Source: a virus. From it: a stretch of DNA of 64,000 bases. The DNA is taken from the IMG/VR virus record IMGVR_UViG_3300045988_057942, one strand, 5' to 3'. A model generated the notes under the pieces. That model was not told the origin of the DNA. It worked only from the letters and a program-made list of their open reading frames with translations, and made no database searches. A program made the translations under genes and the position numbers. Of this stretch, positions 1 through 10,700 are shown piece by piece; position 1 is the first letter of the stretch; each line of letters begins with the position of its first letter.

Positions 1-708
1 GAAGCAAATGGTCCTGTAGTTCTTCCTGCTTATAAGAAACATCTTACTTTTGTTAAAGGTGTTTATCAGGCTGCTACTACTTTCTCTGCTAATCTTACTA
101 TTGGCGATGTTAATGCTTATTCTGATTATTCTATAATGATTGTGAAGAAAGGATTAAAGTTCAATGAACGTAATCGCTGGACAGCTACTATTCATACAGG
201 TCTTAATCCGACTGCAAATGATGTAGCGCAGAAATTAGCTAATCAGATTAATAACAATACTATTGGTCATGGTATTAAAGCAACAGTTGCTGATGCTAAA
301 ATTACTTTAACTGCTGAGTCTAAAGGTATTGATTATGAAATTCTTGGAGCTGATGAATTAGTTGGTATTAGTGTTACAGTTACAGCTACTGGTTTTCCTG
401 CATATGGAGATGCGGCTTATATTACTGATTTGGCTAATAAAGCTGCTGCCGATGCTGGTATCGAATATACTTATCGAGATACTTATACTGAACTGTATCC
501 TACATATCCGCTTAATCCTTTGAAACAACCTGATAGTGCAGATGCTGGATATACTATCTTTACTCTTCGTTTTGCTGTTCCACGTGAAATGAAAACTAGA
601 GATGAAGTTGTTCATCAGATTGTACAAATAGCATTCCCAACTGGAGCTGCTGCTATTGCAACTGTTGAAACTATCCTTAAAGCTATTGCCACTGAAGAAA
701 AAGCATAA
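1..708 (+). CDS. 3' part of a gene entering from the left edge; frame 1 is open from nt 1 and the listed ORF 136-708 is its tail. Virion structural protein, possibly major capsid protein C-terminus (guess from position ahead of the tail genes).
   Basis: Frame 1 has no stop from nt 1 through 708 (EANGPVVLPAYKKHL...). Composition fits a structural protein. Confidence 0.6.
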   Translation, partial: EANGPVVLPAYKKHLTFVKGVYQAATTFSANLTIGDVNAYSDYSIMIVKKGLKFNERNRWTATIHTGLNPTANDVAQKLANQINNNTIGHGIKATVADAKITLTAESKGIDYEILGADELVGISVTVTATGFPAYGDAAYITDLANKAAADAGIEYTYRDTYTELYPTYPLNPLKQPDSADAGYTIFTLRFAVPREMKTRDEVVHQIVQIAFPTGAAAIATVETILKAIATEEKA

Positions 709-819
709 CCTGTTACCCGACTTGATTAGGTAAATATTTAGGTAATATTAATCAAATAGGGGCTATTGGTATTGGCATTACTGTTAATACTGATAGTCCC
801 TATTTTTTATTTTATAAAG

Positions 820-1353
820 ATGGAATTAATACAAAATGCTTTTGAACAAGGTCTTGTTCCAGGCATTGTTATTGTAATTTATCTTATAGTTAATAAGATA
901 ATAGATAGTAAAAAGAAAGATCCTTTAGCTGATATTGCTAAACTTCTTAATATAGTTACCAAAGATATTATAGATAAAGATAGAGAGAAATCTAAAGCTG
1001 TCATATCTATTGCTATGGTTAATGCTGCTTCTGAATGTGCAAAGTTTGTTGCTTCTACTATCATTACAAATAACGTTGATGCTAATCGTGACCAAATTGA
1101 ATATAATGCTAGACACTTAGTTAACAGTGTTTATTATGATGCTTATTCTAAATTAAATATGTATCGTGGAGATGAAGATTATCTTAGTCATTATATGAAA
1201 GATGAATGGAAAGAAGATGTTTATGGTGATATTATTAATATAATATATAATAAACATCTTGATTCTAATCAACGTATATTAGCATTTAATAAACGTATTG
1301 ATATTAGAGTTAATGATTATACTACATATATTATTAATAAGGCTTTTAAATAA
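820..1353 (+). CDS. Hypothetical small virion protein with an N-terminal hydrophobic segment. The track ORF begins at TTG 766; ATG at 820 is the more likely start.
   Basis: ORF 766-1353. First ATG at 820 gives MELIQNAF...LVPGIVIVIYLIV. Confidence 0.6.
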   Translation: MELIQNAFEQGLVPGIVIVIYLIVNKIIDSKKKDPLADIAKLLNIVTKDIIDKDREKSKAVISIAMVNAASECAKFVASTIITNNVDANRDQIEYNARHLVNSVYYDAYSKLNMYRGDEDYLSHYMKDEWKEDVYGDIINIIYNKHLDSNQRILAFNKRIDIRVNDYTTYIINKAFK

Positions 1354-1362
1354 GATGATATT

Positions 1363-1602
1363 ATGATAGGTGGTTATATTAATAATCCAAAACAGCTATC
1401 TAAAGAGATGCAATTACGTATTGCAGCTATGGCTGAAAAACAAGCGAGAATAGCAGAATTAGGCTTTCCATTGGACGAAAAAAATTGGTGCAAGTTAACA
1501 CAAGGACAAATTTTAATTCAAGCTCTAGAAGCCTTAGAATTGCTTTCTGACGAAGAACAAAAATCAATTATTAATTCATATAATAACTTGATGGTAGAAT
1601 GA
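1363..1602 (+). CDS. Hypothetical protein, 79 aa.
   Basis: ATG start, tightly packed with neighbours, stop overlaps the next start (ATGA). Confidence 0.55.
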   Translation: MIGGYINNPKQLSKEMQLRIAAMAEKQARIAELGFPLDEKNWCKLTQGQILIQALEALELLSDEEQKSIINSYNNLMVE

Positions 1603-2126
1603 GTGAACAAATAGATGATAATTATGTTAATGGTGTCTATGTAAAAGCTAGTGGAACTGAACAAGTTGAGATTACTCCTCAATATGTTTATATGACAGTT
1701 CCAAGTAAATTTGTTTGTACTTATCACAAACTATTAGTTCTTATGGCACAATATGGAGTTGATATGCTTAATGATTGTTCTGCTACTTGTAAAGGTAATA
1801 ATAAAAATATTATTACTTGTTGGAATATGTTCCAATCTGCAATGGCTGCATATCAACTTGGTCAAAATAAACTTGCTGAAACACTTCTTAAATATATTAA
1901 AGGACAACTTAATATTATTTATGAAGGTAGTGAACAAGTTCAGTATAGTGGTTCTATTACTCTTCCTGTTGATGAAGAAGGAAAAATTCATGCTATAGTT
2001 AGTTGTGGAGATGCTCCTAAGTTTTATGTTGACCCTGAAACTGGTAAACTTTGGGAACAAAGAGAAGAAGGTAAAGAATATAATGAAACTTATAGTCTTA
2101 GTAATGTTGATTATAATAATGAATAA
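1599..2126 (+). CDS. Hypothetical structural-module protein, 175 aa.
   Basis: ORF with ATG overlapping the previous stop. Low-complexity-free coding sequence. Confidence 0.7.
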   Translation: MSEQIDDNYVNGVYVKASGTEQVEITPQYVYMTVPSKFVCTYHKLLVLMAQYGVDMLNDCSATCKGNNKNIITCWNMFQSAMAAYQLGQNKLAETLLKYIKGQLNIIYEGSEQVQYSGSITLPVDEEGKIHAIVSCGDAPKFYVDPETGKLWEQREEGKEYNETYSLSNVDYNNE

Positions 2127-2138
2127 CATGAATGTATT

Positions 2139-2162
2139 CCATCCTCTACGGGGAGTCTACAC
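2139..2162 (+). repeat. GC-rich dispersed repeat copy (ccatcctctacggggagtctacac), intergenic, 28 nt upstream of gene 2190.
   Basis: Core CCATCCTCYACGGGGRGT. Confidence 0.9.
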
Positions 2163-2189
2163 TAAGAATTTAGTAAACTTAAAGAATAT

Positions 2190-4808
2190 ATGGAAACAAT
2201 AGAAAAAGAACTTGGTAAAGTTAGTCTTACTTGTAATGGTCAATGGAGTCCTGATAGACCTTACGATAGACTATGTATAGTTCATGATGGTTTCTATGCT
2301 AGCTATATTTCTCGTAAAGCTACTCCTGCTGGTATTCCATTACCTAATGAAGAATATTGGCAACCTATTGCTAAACTTCGAGAAGATTTAGTTATTGATT
2401 ATGAAACCTTTAAGAAAGAAATACTTGAACTTATTGCTGTTGTTCAAAGAGGGCTTAAAGCTGCTAGAATTGTAGTATCTACAATGGAAGATAGAGATGC
2501 TCTTACTTGGGAACAAATTGGAGTAGGTTGTGAAGTTTATGTTATTGAAACTAAAAAGAGTTATATACTTGATGAAATAACTCCTGTTAATAATGCTAAG
2601 AAATGGCATCTTGAGGCTGATTCTGAAATTGGTTCTAAATTTGTAGAATCTTTTAGTGGTATGTTTCCAAGAGCAATTGCAGAACGTGCTGTTGCTGATG
2701 AATTTGGTATTAATATACAAGATAATTATCTTCGTCGTAACGTAGTAGTTAATTATATGGCACAAGTACTTAAACAGTATTTTGAAGATAATGCTGTTCA
2801 AATACTTGAAGGTCAGATTACTCCTGATATGCTTAGTGAATCTGTTAAACAAATGTTTACTGCTTCTCAGATTACTAACGCTGCTGATGAAGAAGATTTA
2901 ACTGTTGTTGATAATCTACTTAAATTTGCAGATAAAGACTATAATGTAAATGATTATAGTGGAAAGGCTCGTAAATATCTTCGTAAAAATATGATTAGTG
3001 GTGTTAATACTCTTACTCAAGATATGATTAACGAGCCTAATACTATTTATATACTTCAATATGATTATTGTTTAGCTGGACAAACTATTGAACTTCCAGA
3101 TGATAGTATAATTCTTTGGAGAGGTGGTAGATTATATGATGGAGCTGTTAAACTAAATAAATGTAGACTTCTTAGTAATTATCGTCAGGAAGATATGTTT
3201 GATAAAGAAACTATATCTTTAGATGGTGATTGGGCTAAAGGTCAAATACTTTATCATCCTCTTGATTTAGGCGAAGATAATAAACAAGTTGAAATTACAG
3301 GTTGGGGTGGTTCTTATACCAATGATTTTTATTGGTTTTGGGATGGAGAAAAATGGGTAAGTATGGGTTTTGATTTATCTGTTTATCTTACTCGTGCTGA
3401 ATTTGAAGCTTTCTTAGAGAAGTTAAGAGAAGAAATGGAAAAGTTCTATGCTTGGCTTCTTGAAGAACTTAGAAAGATTAATGAACATCTTGAACTTCAT
3501 GACCAACAGATAAGTAATCTTCAACAAGAAGTTTCTAATATTAATACTAGAATAGATAATCTTATTACTGAATATAACGCTAAATTTACTGATATTTATA
3601 ATAAGATTGGAGATTTAAATAGTAGTGTAGAAGGTAGTATTAATAATCTAGAACAATATATTAATAATAAGATTGAAGAGATTCTTAATAAGATAGACCA
3701 AAGTGGTGGTAACATAAGTAATGAGTATAAACAATATTTTGAAGATAATTATGTTTCTATGTTTAAGAACATGATTAAAGCTGGTACTAATATTACTTTT
3801 GTTGAAAACTCTGATGGTACTATTACTATTAATGCTACAGGTGGTGGTTCTGGCGGCGGTGGATTAACCGAACAAGAAGTAAGAGATATTGTTAATTCTA
3901 TGCTTAATAATTATTATACTAAGTCTGAAATTAATGATATTATTGCTGGTATTGAAGGCGGTGGAGGAAGTGGTGGAGATGGCACTCATAATGTTATGTC
4001 TACTACTCAACTCGGTGAAGCTAGAACAGGTAAATATCTTACTATGAGTAAGTTTGCTGATAGTGAAACTAAACCTAGCAGACTTGATGTTGATTTTAAT
4101 ACTCTTTATACAGATATTAAAAATAAATTAGTAAATGATGGATTTGGCTCAGGCGGTAGTGGAGGAGGAACAACAGGTGGAGTAACTGCTACTCAAGTAC
4201 AAACTTGGATTGCTGCTGTTATGCCTATTGGTTCTATTATGCTTTGGGATACTACTACACCTCCAACAGGTTGGGAAATATATACTGCTGCTCAAGGACG
4301 ATTTGTTATGGGTCATATAAGTGGTGGTATTAATATTTATAATAATCCTAAACAAAATACTCTTGATTGGAGTACTGTTCTTAAAAATGTAGGTGATACT
4401 TATGACCCTGCTACTCCTGGTTTAAATATTGGAGCTTACGGTTTTTATATTGGTGGTACTGATTTACCATTACATCAACATGCAATTGCCGCTAGTTCTG
4501 GTAAATGCGGTGATGGTAATCATCATGTTGTAGTTCCTAGTAACTGGCGAGCAAATGATCATGGTAGACCTTTGGATCAAGATTGTAGAAATACTTATCC
4601 TTATGGTACTACTAAAACTAATTATTGGGATTTAAATATTAATAAAAATACCAATTGGTATATGACTGGACCTAATATTAGTAGAAATGGTGAAATGGTG
4701 TGGACACAAATTAGTACAGATAATTGGACAGGAGATTATCTTGCTATTAATAAACTATTACCTACTATTGCTTTACATTATATTAAACGTGTTTCTAATC
4801 CGTGGTAA
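2190..4808 (+). CDS. Tail fibre/spike-like protein: N-terminal domain, a domain paralogous to 11728-13413, a central coiled coil, and Gly-rich linkers (GGGSGGGG, GGGGSGGDG, GSGGSGGGTTGG).
   Basis: 872-aa ORF. Heptad-like region ~aa 400-500. Block 'NEPNTIYILQYDYCLAGQTIELP...GGRLYDGAVKLNKCRL' matches 'NEENTRYIIRYAFDLSGKTITMP...GGIIENGTIDLNKCKL' in gene 11728-13413. Confidence 0.75.
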   Translation: METIEKELGKVSLTCNGQWSPDRPYDRLCIVHDGFYASYISRKATPAGIPLPNEEYWQPIAKLREDLVIDYETFKKEILELIAVVQRGLKAARIVVSTMEDRDALTWEQIGVGCEVYVIETKKSYILDEITPVNNAKKWHLEADSEIGSKFVESFSGMFPRAIAERAVADEFGINIQDNYLRRNVVVNYMAQVLKQYFEDNAVQILEGQITPDMLSESVKQMFTASQITNAADEEDLTVVDNLLKFADKDYNVNDYSGKARKYLRKNMISGVNTLTQDMINEPNTIYILQYDYCLAGQTIELPDDSIILWRGGRLYDGAVKLNKCRLLSNYRQEDMFDKETISLDGDWAKGQILYHPLDLGEDNKQVEITGWGGSYTNDFYWFWDGEKWVSMGFDLSVYLTRAEFEAFLEKLREEMEKFYAWLLEELRKINEHLELHDQQISNLQQEVSNINTRIDNLITEYNAKFTDIYNKIGDLNSSVEGSINNLEQYINNKIEEILNKIDQSGGNISNEYKQYFEDNYVSMFKNMIKAGTNITFVENSDGTITINATGGGSGGGGLTEQEVRDIVNSMLNNYYTKSEINDIIAGIEGGGGSGGDGTHNVMSTTQLGEARTGKYLTMSKFADSETKPSRLDVDFNTLYTDIKNKLVNDGFGSGGSGGGTTGGVTATQVQTWIAAVMPIGSIMLWDTTTPPTGWEIYTAAQGRFVMGHISGGINIYNNPKQNTLDWSTVLKNVGDTYDPATPGLNIGAYGFYIGGTDLPLHQHAIAASSGKCGDGNHHVVVPSNWRANDHGRPLDQDCRNTYPYGTTKTNYWDLNINKNTNWYMTGPNISRNGEMVWTQISTDNWTGDYLAINKLLPTIALHYIKRVSNPW

Positions 4809-4810
4809 TT

Positions 4811-6904
4811 ATGGCTGAAGAAGAAAATGTTTTTGTTGGTACTAATTGTCAATCTTTTGACCCTAGTAAAGTTCAATGTGATAAAGAGGGCAATATGCCA
4901 ATTCATATACTAGATAAGTATTGTGAAGAAAATGATACTAGATATAATATATATCCTTTGACTGTTATTCAAGCTATTTTTGATGGTGTAACTGGAACAA
5001 GATTAGATAGAATACTTGCCGCTTGTAATAGTATTTATTTAACTTGGGAAGGTACTTTTGCCGATACTGTTAATAAACTTGATAAAATTTATCGTCGTAA
5101 AGGATATATTATAACATATCGTGATGAAACTAATGTTAATTGGACTCAACGATATAATAGTGATGATATTAGTGATGAAGCTTGGACTAATCCTGACAAT
5201 TGGGAAGGATGGTCTTTTGATACTGTTATTAAAGATTTGTCTGAAGCTCTTGAAGAAATATTTATTAATATAGGTGATTATAAAGATTTTCTTGATGTTA
5301 TTACTAGTTTTATTAACGAGTTTGTTATAAATGTATTTAACAATCTTAATAATTATCCTGAACTAGTTAATATTATTAAGAATAGTACAGTTGAAAGTTT
5401 ACCTATTATTGTTAAAGACATATTCAATAATATTAATGATTATCCTGAACTTAAGAATATATTTAATGAATATGTTAAACAATGGACTGAAACTATCTTT
5501 AATAATATTTCTTCTTATCCTGCTCTTAGTCAATTTATTACTAATGCTATTAATTCTCATGTAGAAACTACTATTAATAATATATTTAACAATATTAATA
5601 ATTATCCTAACATTAAGAATCTTATTATTAATAATACTATTAACAAAGTAGTTGATATATTTAAGAATATAGGTCAATATCCAGAATTACAAGAAACTAT
5701 TCAGAATAATGTTAATGAACGAGTAGATTATATATTTAATAATATTAATAATTATCCTGAACTTATTGGTATCCTTTCTGATTTAGTTTGTAATTGTGTT
5801 CAGAATATATTTGCTAATATTAATAATTATCCTTCTCTTGTTACATGTATTAATAATGCTGTAAACAGTAGAACTGAATATATATTTAATAATATTGATA
5901 GATTTCCTATTCTTAAGAATCTTATTGAAACTAAAGTAGAATCTAGAGTTACTTATATATTTGAAAATATTAATAGTTTTACTGAATTACTTAATGTTAT
6001 TAAAGGTAATATAGAAGATATATTTGATAATATTGATGACCATACTAATCTTAAACTTGTAATTGAAAATAAAGTTGAATCTACAGTTGAAAAGATTCTA
6101 ACAAATATAGATGATTATCCTATCATTAAGGAAAAGATAACACAGTTTTGTAATGAAGCTATTGAAGCAAAAAGAGGTGTTGCTAATGGTATAGCTAGTC
6201 TTGATGGAGATGGTAAAGTTCCAGCAAGTCAATTACCAAGTTATGTTGATGATGTTCTTGAAGGATATTATGTTGATGAAACTCATTTTGCTGAAAAGTA
6301 TATAGAAGATGCTCCTGTATATTATACTCCTGAAAAAGGTAAGATTTATGTTGATATAAGTACAGATACTGATTATAGTGGTAAGACTTATCGTTGGTCT
6401 GGAACTAAATATTCAGTTATATCTGAAACTTTAGCTTTAGGTGAAGTTACAGGTACTGCTTATGATGGTGGTAAAGGTAAGAAAACTACTGCGATAGTTA
6501 ATAGTTTACCAAATACTGTTGTAGATACTTTAGAATTTGGTAAAGCATATACCGATTATGTACAATTAAAATACCATTATTATCGTAAAGAATTTGTAAC
6601 TGGTCAAGATGACCATTATACGGCACAACCTCATGGTCATGTAGATATACCTATTGCTACTACTCAATTAGCAGGTGTTATGTCTGCTGCTGATAAAGTT
6701 AAACTTGATGAAACTTTACCTAATCAAATTACTGAACTTAGTAATAATGTTTATACTAAAGAAGAAATTAATAATAAGTTTGATAATGTACCAACAGTAG
6801 AAAATACTTATACTAAAGCGGAAGTTGATAAAGCTATTTCTGATGCTATTAAAGCTTTAATTCCTGCTGGTTATGAACTTGTTATTAAAAAGAAAACAAC
6901 TTAA
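4811..6904 (+). CDS. Tail-fibre-like protein with ~14 tandem ~20-aa repeats (IFNNINNYPEL...) and a C-terminal 'GIASLDGDGKVPASQLP' phage-fibre-type motif. The track start 4802 is GTG; ATG 4811 is likelier.
   Basis: Repeats are visible in the translation from aa ~160-440. The C-terminal LDxxGKVPxxQLP motif is common in phage tail fibres. Confidence 0.75.
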   Translation: MAEEENVFVGTNCQSFDPSKVQCDKEGNMPIHILDKYCEENDTRYNIYPLTVIQAIFDGVTGTRLDRILAACNSIYLTWEGTFADTVNKLDKIYRRKGYIITYRDETNVNWTQRYNSDDISDEAWTNPDNWEGWSFDTVIKDLSEALEEIFINIGDYKDFLDVITSFINEFVINVFNNLNNYPELVNIIKNSTVESLPIIVKDIFNNINDYPELKNIFNEYVKQWTETIFNNISSYPALSQFITNAINSHVETTINNIFNNINNYPNIKNLIINNTINKVVDIFKNIGQYPELQETIQNNVNERVDYIFNNINNYPELIGILSDLVCNCVQNIFANINNYPSLVTCINNAVNSRTEYIFNNIDRFPILKNLIETKVESRVTYIFENINSFTELLNVIKGNIEDIFDNIDDHTNLKLVIENKVESTVEKILTNIDDYPIIKEKITQFCNEAIEAKRGVANGIASLDGDGKVPASQLPSYVDDVLEGYYVDETHFAEKYIEDAPVYYTPEKGKIYVDISTDTDYSGKTYRWSGTKYSVISETLALGEVTGTAYDGGKGKKTTAIVNSLPNTVVDTLEFGKAYTDYVQLKYHYYRKEFVTGQDDHYTAQPHGHVDIPIATTQLAGVMSAADKVKLDETLPNQITELSNNVYTKEEINNKFDNVPTVENTYTKAEVDKAISDAIKALIPAGYELVIKKKTT
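5260..6135 (+). repeat. Tandem ~60-bp coding repeats (~14 units) encoding 'xIFNNINNYPELxxxIxNxV'.
   Basis: 'aatattaataattatcctgaact'-like units recur about every 60 nt. Confidence 0.8.
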
Positions 6905-6912
6905 TATTAATT

Positions 6913-6945
6913 ATGGTGGTACTGAATAAGTACCACCATTTAAAG
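6913..6945 (+). terminator. Putative intrinsic terminator: 10-bp perfect stem (atggtggtac / gtaccaccat), 7-nt loop, then a T/A-rich tail.
   Basis: Stem-loop 9 nt after the stop of gene 4811-6904. Confidence 0.45.
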
Positions 6946-6956
6946 TTTATAAAGTT

Positions 6957-7754
6957 ATGCAAGATATTAATCAACAATTATATGAAAGAAAAGATACTCC
7001 TGAAGGATTTATTCCTGTTTATGGTGTAGTTATAACTGTTCCTACTGGAATATATACTAGTGAGCAAAAAGAATTTACTTGTGATAAAACTTTTGATGAA
7101 GTAAAAGAAATACTATTAAAAGGCGGAAGTATTATTGCTGTTGATAACAATAATAGTAGAATTAATTTTGATAGAATTGTTATAGGCAGTAACGATATTA
7201 GTGCTACAATTACTTATTTTTCTAATGGTGGAATTAATAAAATCGATTTAAGTTGGGATAAAGGTATAGCTAGAGTTGGTGGTGAAGAAACAAAAAGTAT
7301 TAATACTTTTGTAGCTATAAATAGTAATTCAATTATTAAATCTTATGATATTGGAAGTATTACTATATTATTAACAAATAGTGGTAGTAAAGAAGAAGTA
7401 TTAGCTGCTATTAATTCTATTTTTACTAATTTTGCTGGATTTGTTACAGCTATTGGTAAACCTAATTCTGTATTTCATAATGGTAAGTATGGTACATTTA
7501 ATGTTAGATATACAGATAATATTATAATTATTCAATGGAGTAATGCTAATGCAATTCATCATGTTGCTTTATCAGAGGATGGTTCTTATGTTTATAATAC
7601 TATTCAAATAGTTGACCAAACTCTTTATAGATTATCTGCTCTTACTATTGAGCCAATAGTTAATCCTAAAATATGGGTTGGTACTGCTACTCAATATGCA
7701 GCTATTGCACAAAAAGATAACAATACTACTTATATAGTTAAATCAGACGCTTAA
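6957..7754 (+). CDS. Tail-associated protein. Its C-terminal 'WVGTATQYAAIA...TYIV' motif is shared with the end of 11728-13413.
   Basis: 265-aa ORF. The C-terminal motif recurs in 11728-13413 (LPIWTGTATQYATI...TYNIV). Confidence 0.7.
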   Translation: MQDINQQLYERKDTPEGFIPVYGVVITVPTGIYTSEQKEFTCDKTFDEVKEILLKGGSIIAVDNNNSRINFDRIVIGSNDISATITYFSNGGINKIDLSWDKGIARVGGEETKSINTFVAINSNSIIKSYDIGSITILLTNSGSKEEVLAAINSIFTNFAGFVTAIGKPNSVFHNGKYGTFNVRYTDNIIIIQWSNANAIHHVALSEDGSYVYNTIQIVDQTLYRLSALTIEPIVNPKIWVGTATQYAAIAQKDNNTTYIVKSDA

Positions 7755-7757
7755 GTT

Positions 7758-10700
7758 ATGGCTATATATCAAGGAGATATTGGAATACATGATATTAAAC
7801 TTGGTAGTATAGATGTATTTGAAATATATCAAGGTTCTAAACTTGTTTATCCTGAGAATACTGAAGTTACTGTTACGTTTAAATTGAATGTTTCCGGAAC
7901 TGTTACTATTAATGGTTATACTCCTGTTATAAGTGAAAATAATACTAAATTTGTATTTACTATTCCTGTTAAGACTGATTATACTGCTAATATTACTGCT
8001 GAACATTATAAATCTCAAACTATTAGTGGTAACAGTGGTTATTTACCTATAACTCATAATGTAGAATTAGAATGGGAACAAGAATTTATATCTTATACTG
8101 TTACTTTTCCTACTGATGGAGTTAAAGTTTTATTTGATGGAATAGAAAAAGGAGTTATAACTAATGGTAAGTTAGTTGTATTAATTGATGATATAGAAGC
8201 TAAAGATAGTTATACTGTTACATTTGAAGGTAGTAAAGCTAGTACATATGATACTAGTGGATTAAAAGTAGTAGATAGTAGTATAGCTGCAACTGGTGGT
8301 AGTTATGATTTAAAACTTTCTACTAGTTCTGTTAAGACTGCTTATACACGAACTGACTATGCATCCTCCACGGGGAGTATAACCAAGGGTTCTACTTATA
8401 CTGGTTCTTGGATTGAAACTGTTGTTAATCTTACTGCTAGTTTTACTAGTTCTACTACTTTAGGTTCTATAAGTAATAATGTACTAACTATTGCTAATAA
8501 TGAATCTACTAATACTAAAAGTGGAACTTTAACTGTTATATTTACTTTAGAAAATAAACAAACTAAAGAAGTTAGTGCTGCTTTAAATCAAGCTGCTGGA
8601 GCTAAAGTTTATACTAATTGGGTATTAGATTTACAAACTGATGGAACTAGTGTTGAAGCTAAAGGTGGTACTAGAACAGTTACAGCTAATATTGCTCGTA
8701 GAACTTATAAATGGAATAATACTGGTACTGTTTATAGTGAAACTGCTACTCCTACTCTTAGTATTAGTGGTAGTGCTAGTCTTAGTGGAAATCAAATAAA
8801 ATTTACATCAAACGAGAGCGTTTCAGCCCGTTCTGCGGTACTTACTGCTAGTTATGTAGGATTATCCAAAACGATTACGATAACTCAATCAGCAGGCTCA
8901 AAAGTGTATTCAGCGTGGTCTGCATGGGCTGTTTCTATCTCGGCAAGTACGCAAACGATAGGCGCAAGTGGAGGAACATCAACAATAACTACTAGTGCTA
9001 GTCGTTCTAGAACTTGGACTTGGAATGGAGTTGGAACTACTCATACTGATACTGAAACAGGTACACCTACACTTAGTGGTAGTGCTGGTGGATTTACTTT
9101 AAGTGGTAAAACTGTTACTGCTAGTAACAATACTACAACAAATAGTCGTAGTATAACTATTACTGCTACTAGCAATAATGTTTCTAAGTCTATTACTATA
9201 ACACAATCTGCTGGTGCTAAAGTTTATGGTAATTGGTCTGCTTGGACTGTTAATATTAGTGCTGATAAAACTAGTATTGGAGCAACAGGTGGAACAGCTA
9301 CTATATCAACTAGTGCTAGTAGAACTAGAAGTTATACATGGAATGGTGTTGCCGGTTCTGGTGGTACAGAAACTGGAAATGGTACTCCAACGTTAAGTAA
9401 AGTTAGTGGAAGTGGTAATTGGACTAGTCCTAAAGTTACTTATGGAAATAATACTAGCACAAGTGGTAAATCAACTGTTATTCGTGCTACTATTGATTCA
9501 ACTACTAAAGATATAACTATTAGCCAATCTGCTGGAGCTAAACAATATAGTACTTGGTCTGCATGGACAGTTAATATTTCTAATAGTGGAAATATTGCTG
9601 CTAGTGGAGGTAGTTCAAATATAACTACTTCTGCAAGTAGAACAAGAACTTGGACGTGGAACGGAGTTAATGGAAGTGGTGGAACTGAAACAGGAACTGG
9701 AACTCCTACTCTTAGTAAAATTAGTGGTGCTGGTTCATTTGCTAGTAATAAAGTAACTTATGATAATAATACTTCTACAAGTGCTAGAAGTACAGTTATT
9801 AGAGCTACAATGGATTCTGTAACTAAAGATACTACTGTAACTCAAAATGCTGGTTCTAAAACTTATAGTAGTTGGGGAGCATGGTCTATTAGTTTAAGTG
9901 CTAATGTAACAACTATTGCTGCTGCTGGTGGAAATGCTACATTATCTACTTCTGCTACTAGAAGTCGTACTTGGCAATGGAATGGTACAGGAACAACTTA
10001 TACTGAAAATGCTAGTGGTTCTCCAACATTAAGTAAAGTTAATGGTGCTGCTTCTTTAAGTGGTTCTACTGTTAGTTATGGTAATAATACTTCTACTAGT
10101 TCTCGTAGTTCTGTATTTAGAGCAACAATAGATAGTACTACTAAAGATATAACTATTAGTCAATCTGCTGGGGCTAGAGTATATGGAAGTTGGTCTGGTT
10201 GGACTGTAAGTTGTAGTGCTAGTAATTATAAAGTTTGGGCAGGAGGTGATTCAGTAACTATTTATAGTAGTGCTTCAAGAAATAGAACTTGGACTTGGAA
10301 TGGTGTTGCAGGTTCTGGTGGCACTGAGTCTGATAATGCTACTCCTACTATTTCTGTTACAAGTGGTGTTGGAGTTTTAAGTGGTAATACTTTAACTTTT
10401 AGTAATAACACATCTCCTGATGCTAGAACAACTCGAGTTACTGCTAATTATAACGGAGTTACTGATTATTGTGATATTATGCAATATGGTGGTAATAAAG
10501 TTGCTGGAAGTTGGACATCTTGGCAAGTAACTATATCTGCTAGTCCTATGAATATTGCTGCTGCTGGCGGTAGTTCTACTATTACTTGTAATGCTGTTCG
10601 TACTAGAAATTATACTTGGAATGGGGTGGGTACTACTTATACTGAAACTGAAAATGGTAGTCCAACTTTAAGTAAATCTGGAGATGGTACATTAAGTGGT

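Noticed and set aside
2005-2202. 65-aa ORF spanning the gap before gene 2190
   Set aside because: It exists only because the stop-free GC-rich repeat (HPLRGVYTKN) bridges an intergenic region and it overlaps a real gene start. Likely spurious. The same applies to 54141-54326, which lies inside the MITE-like unit.
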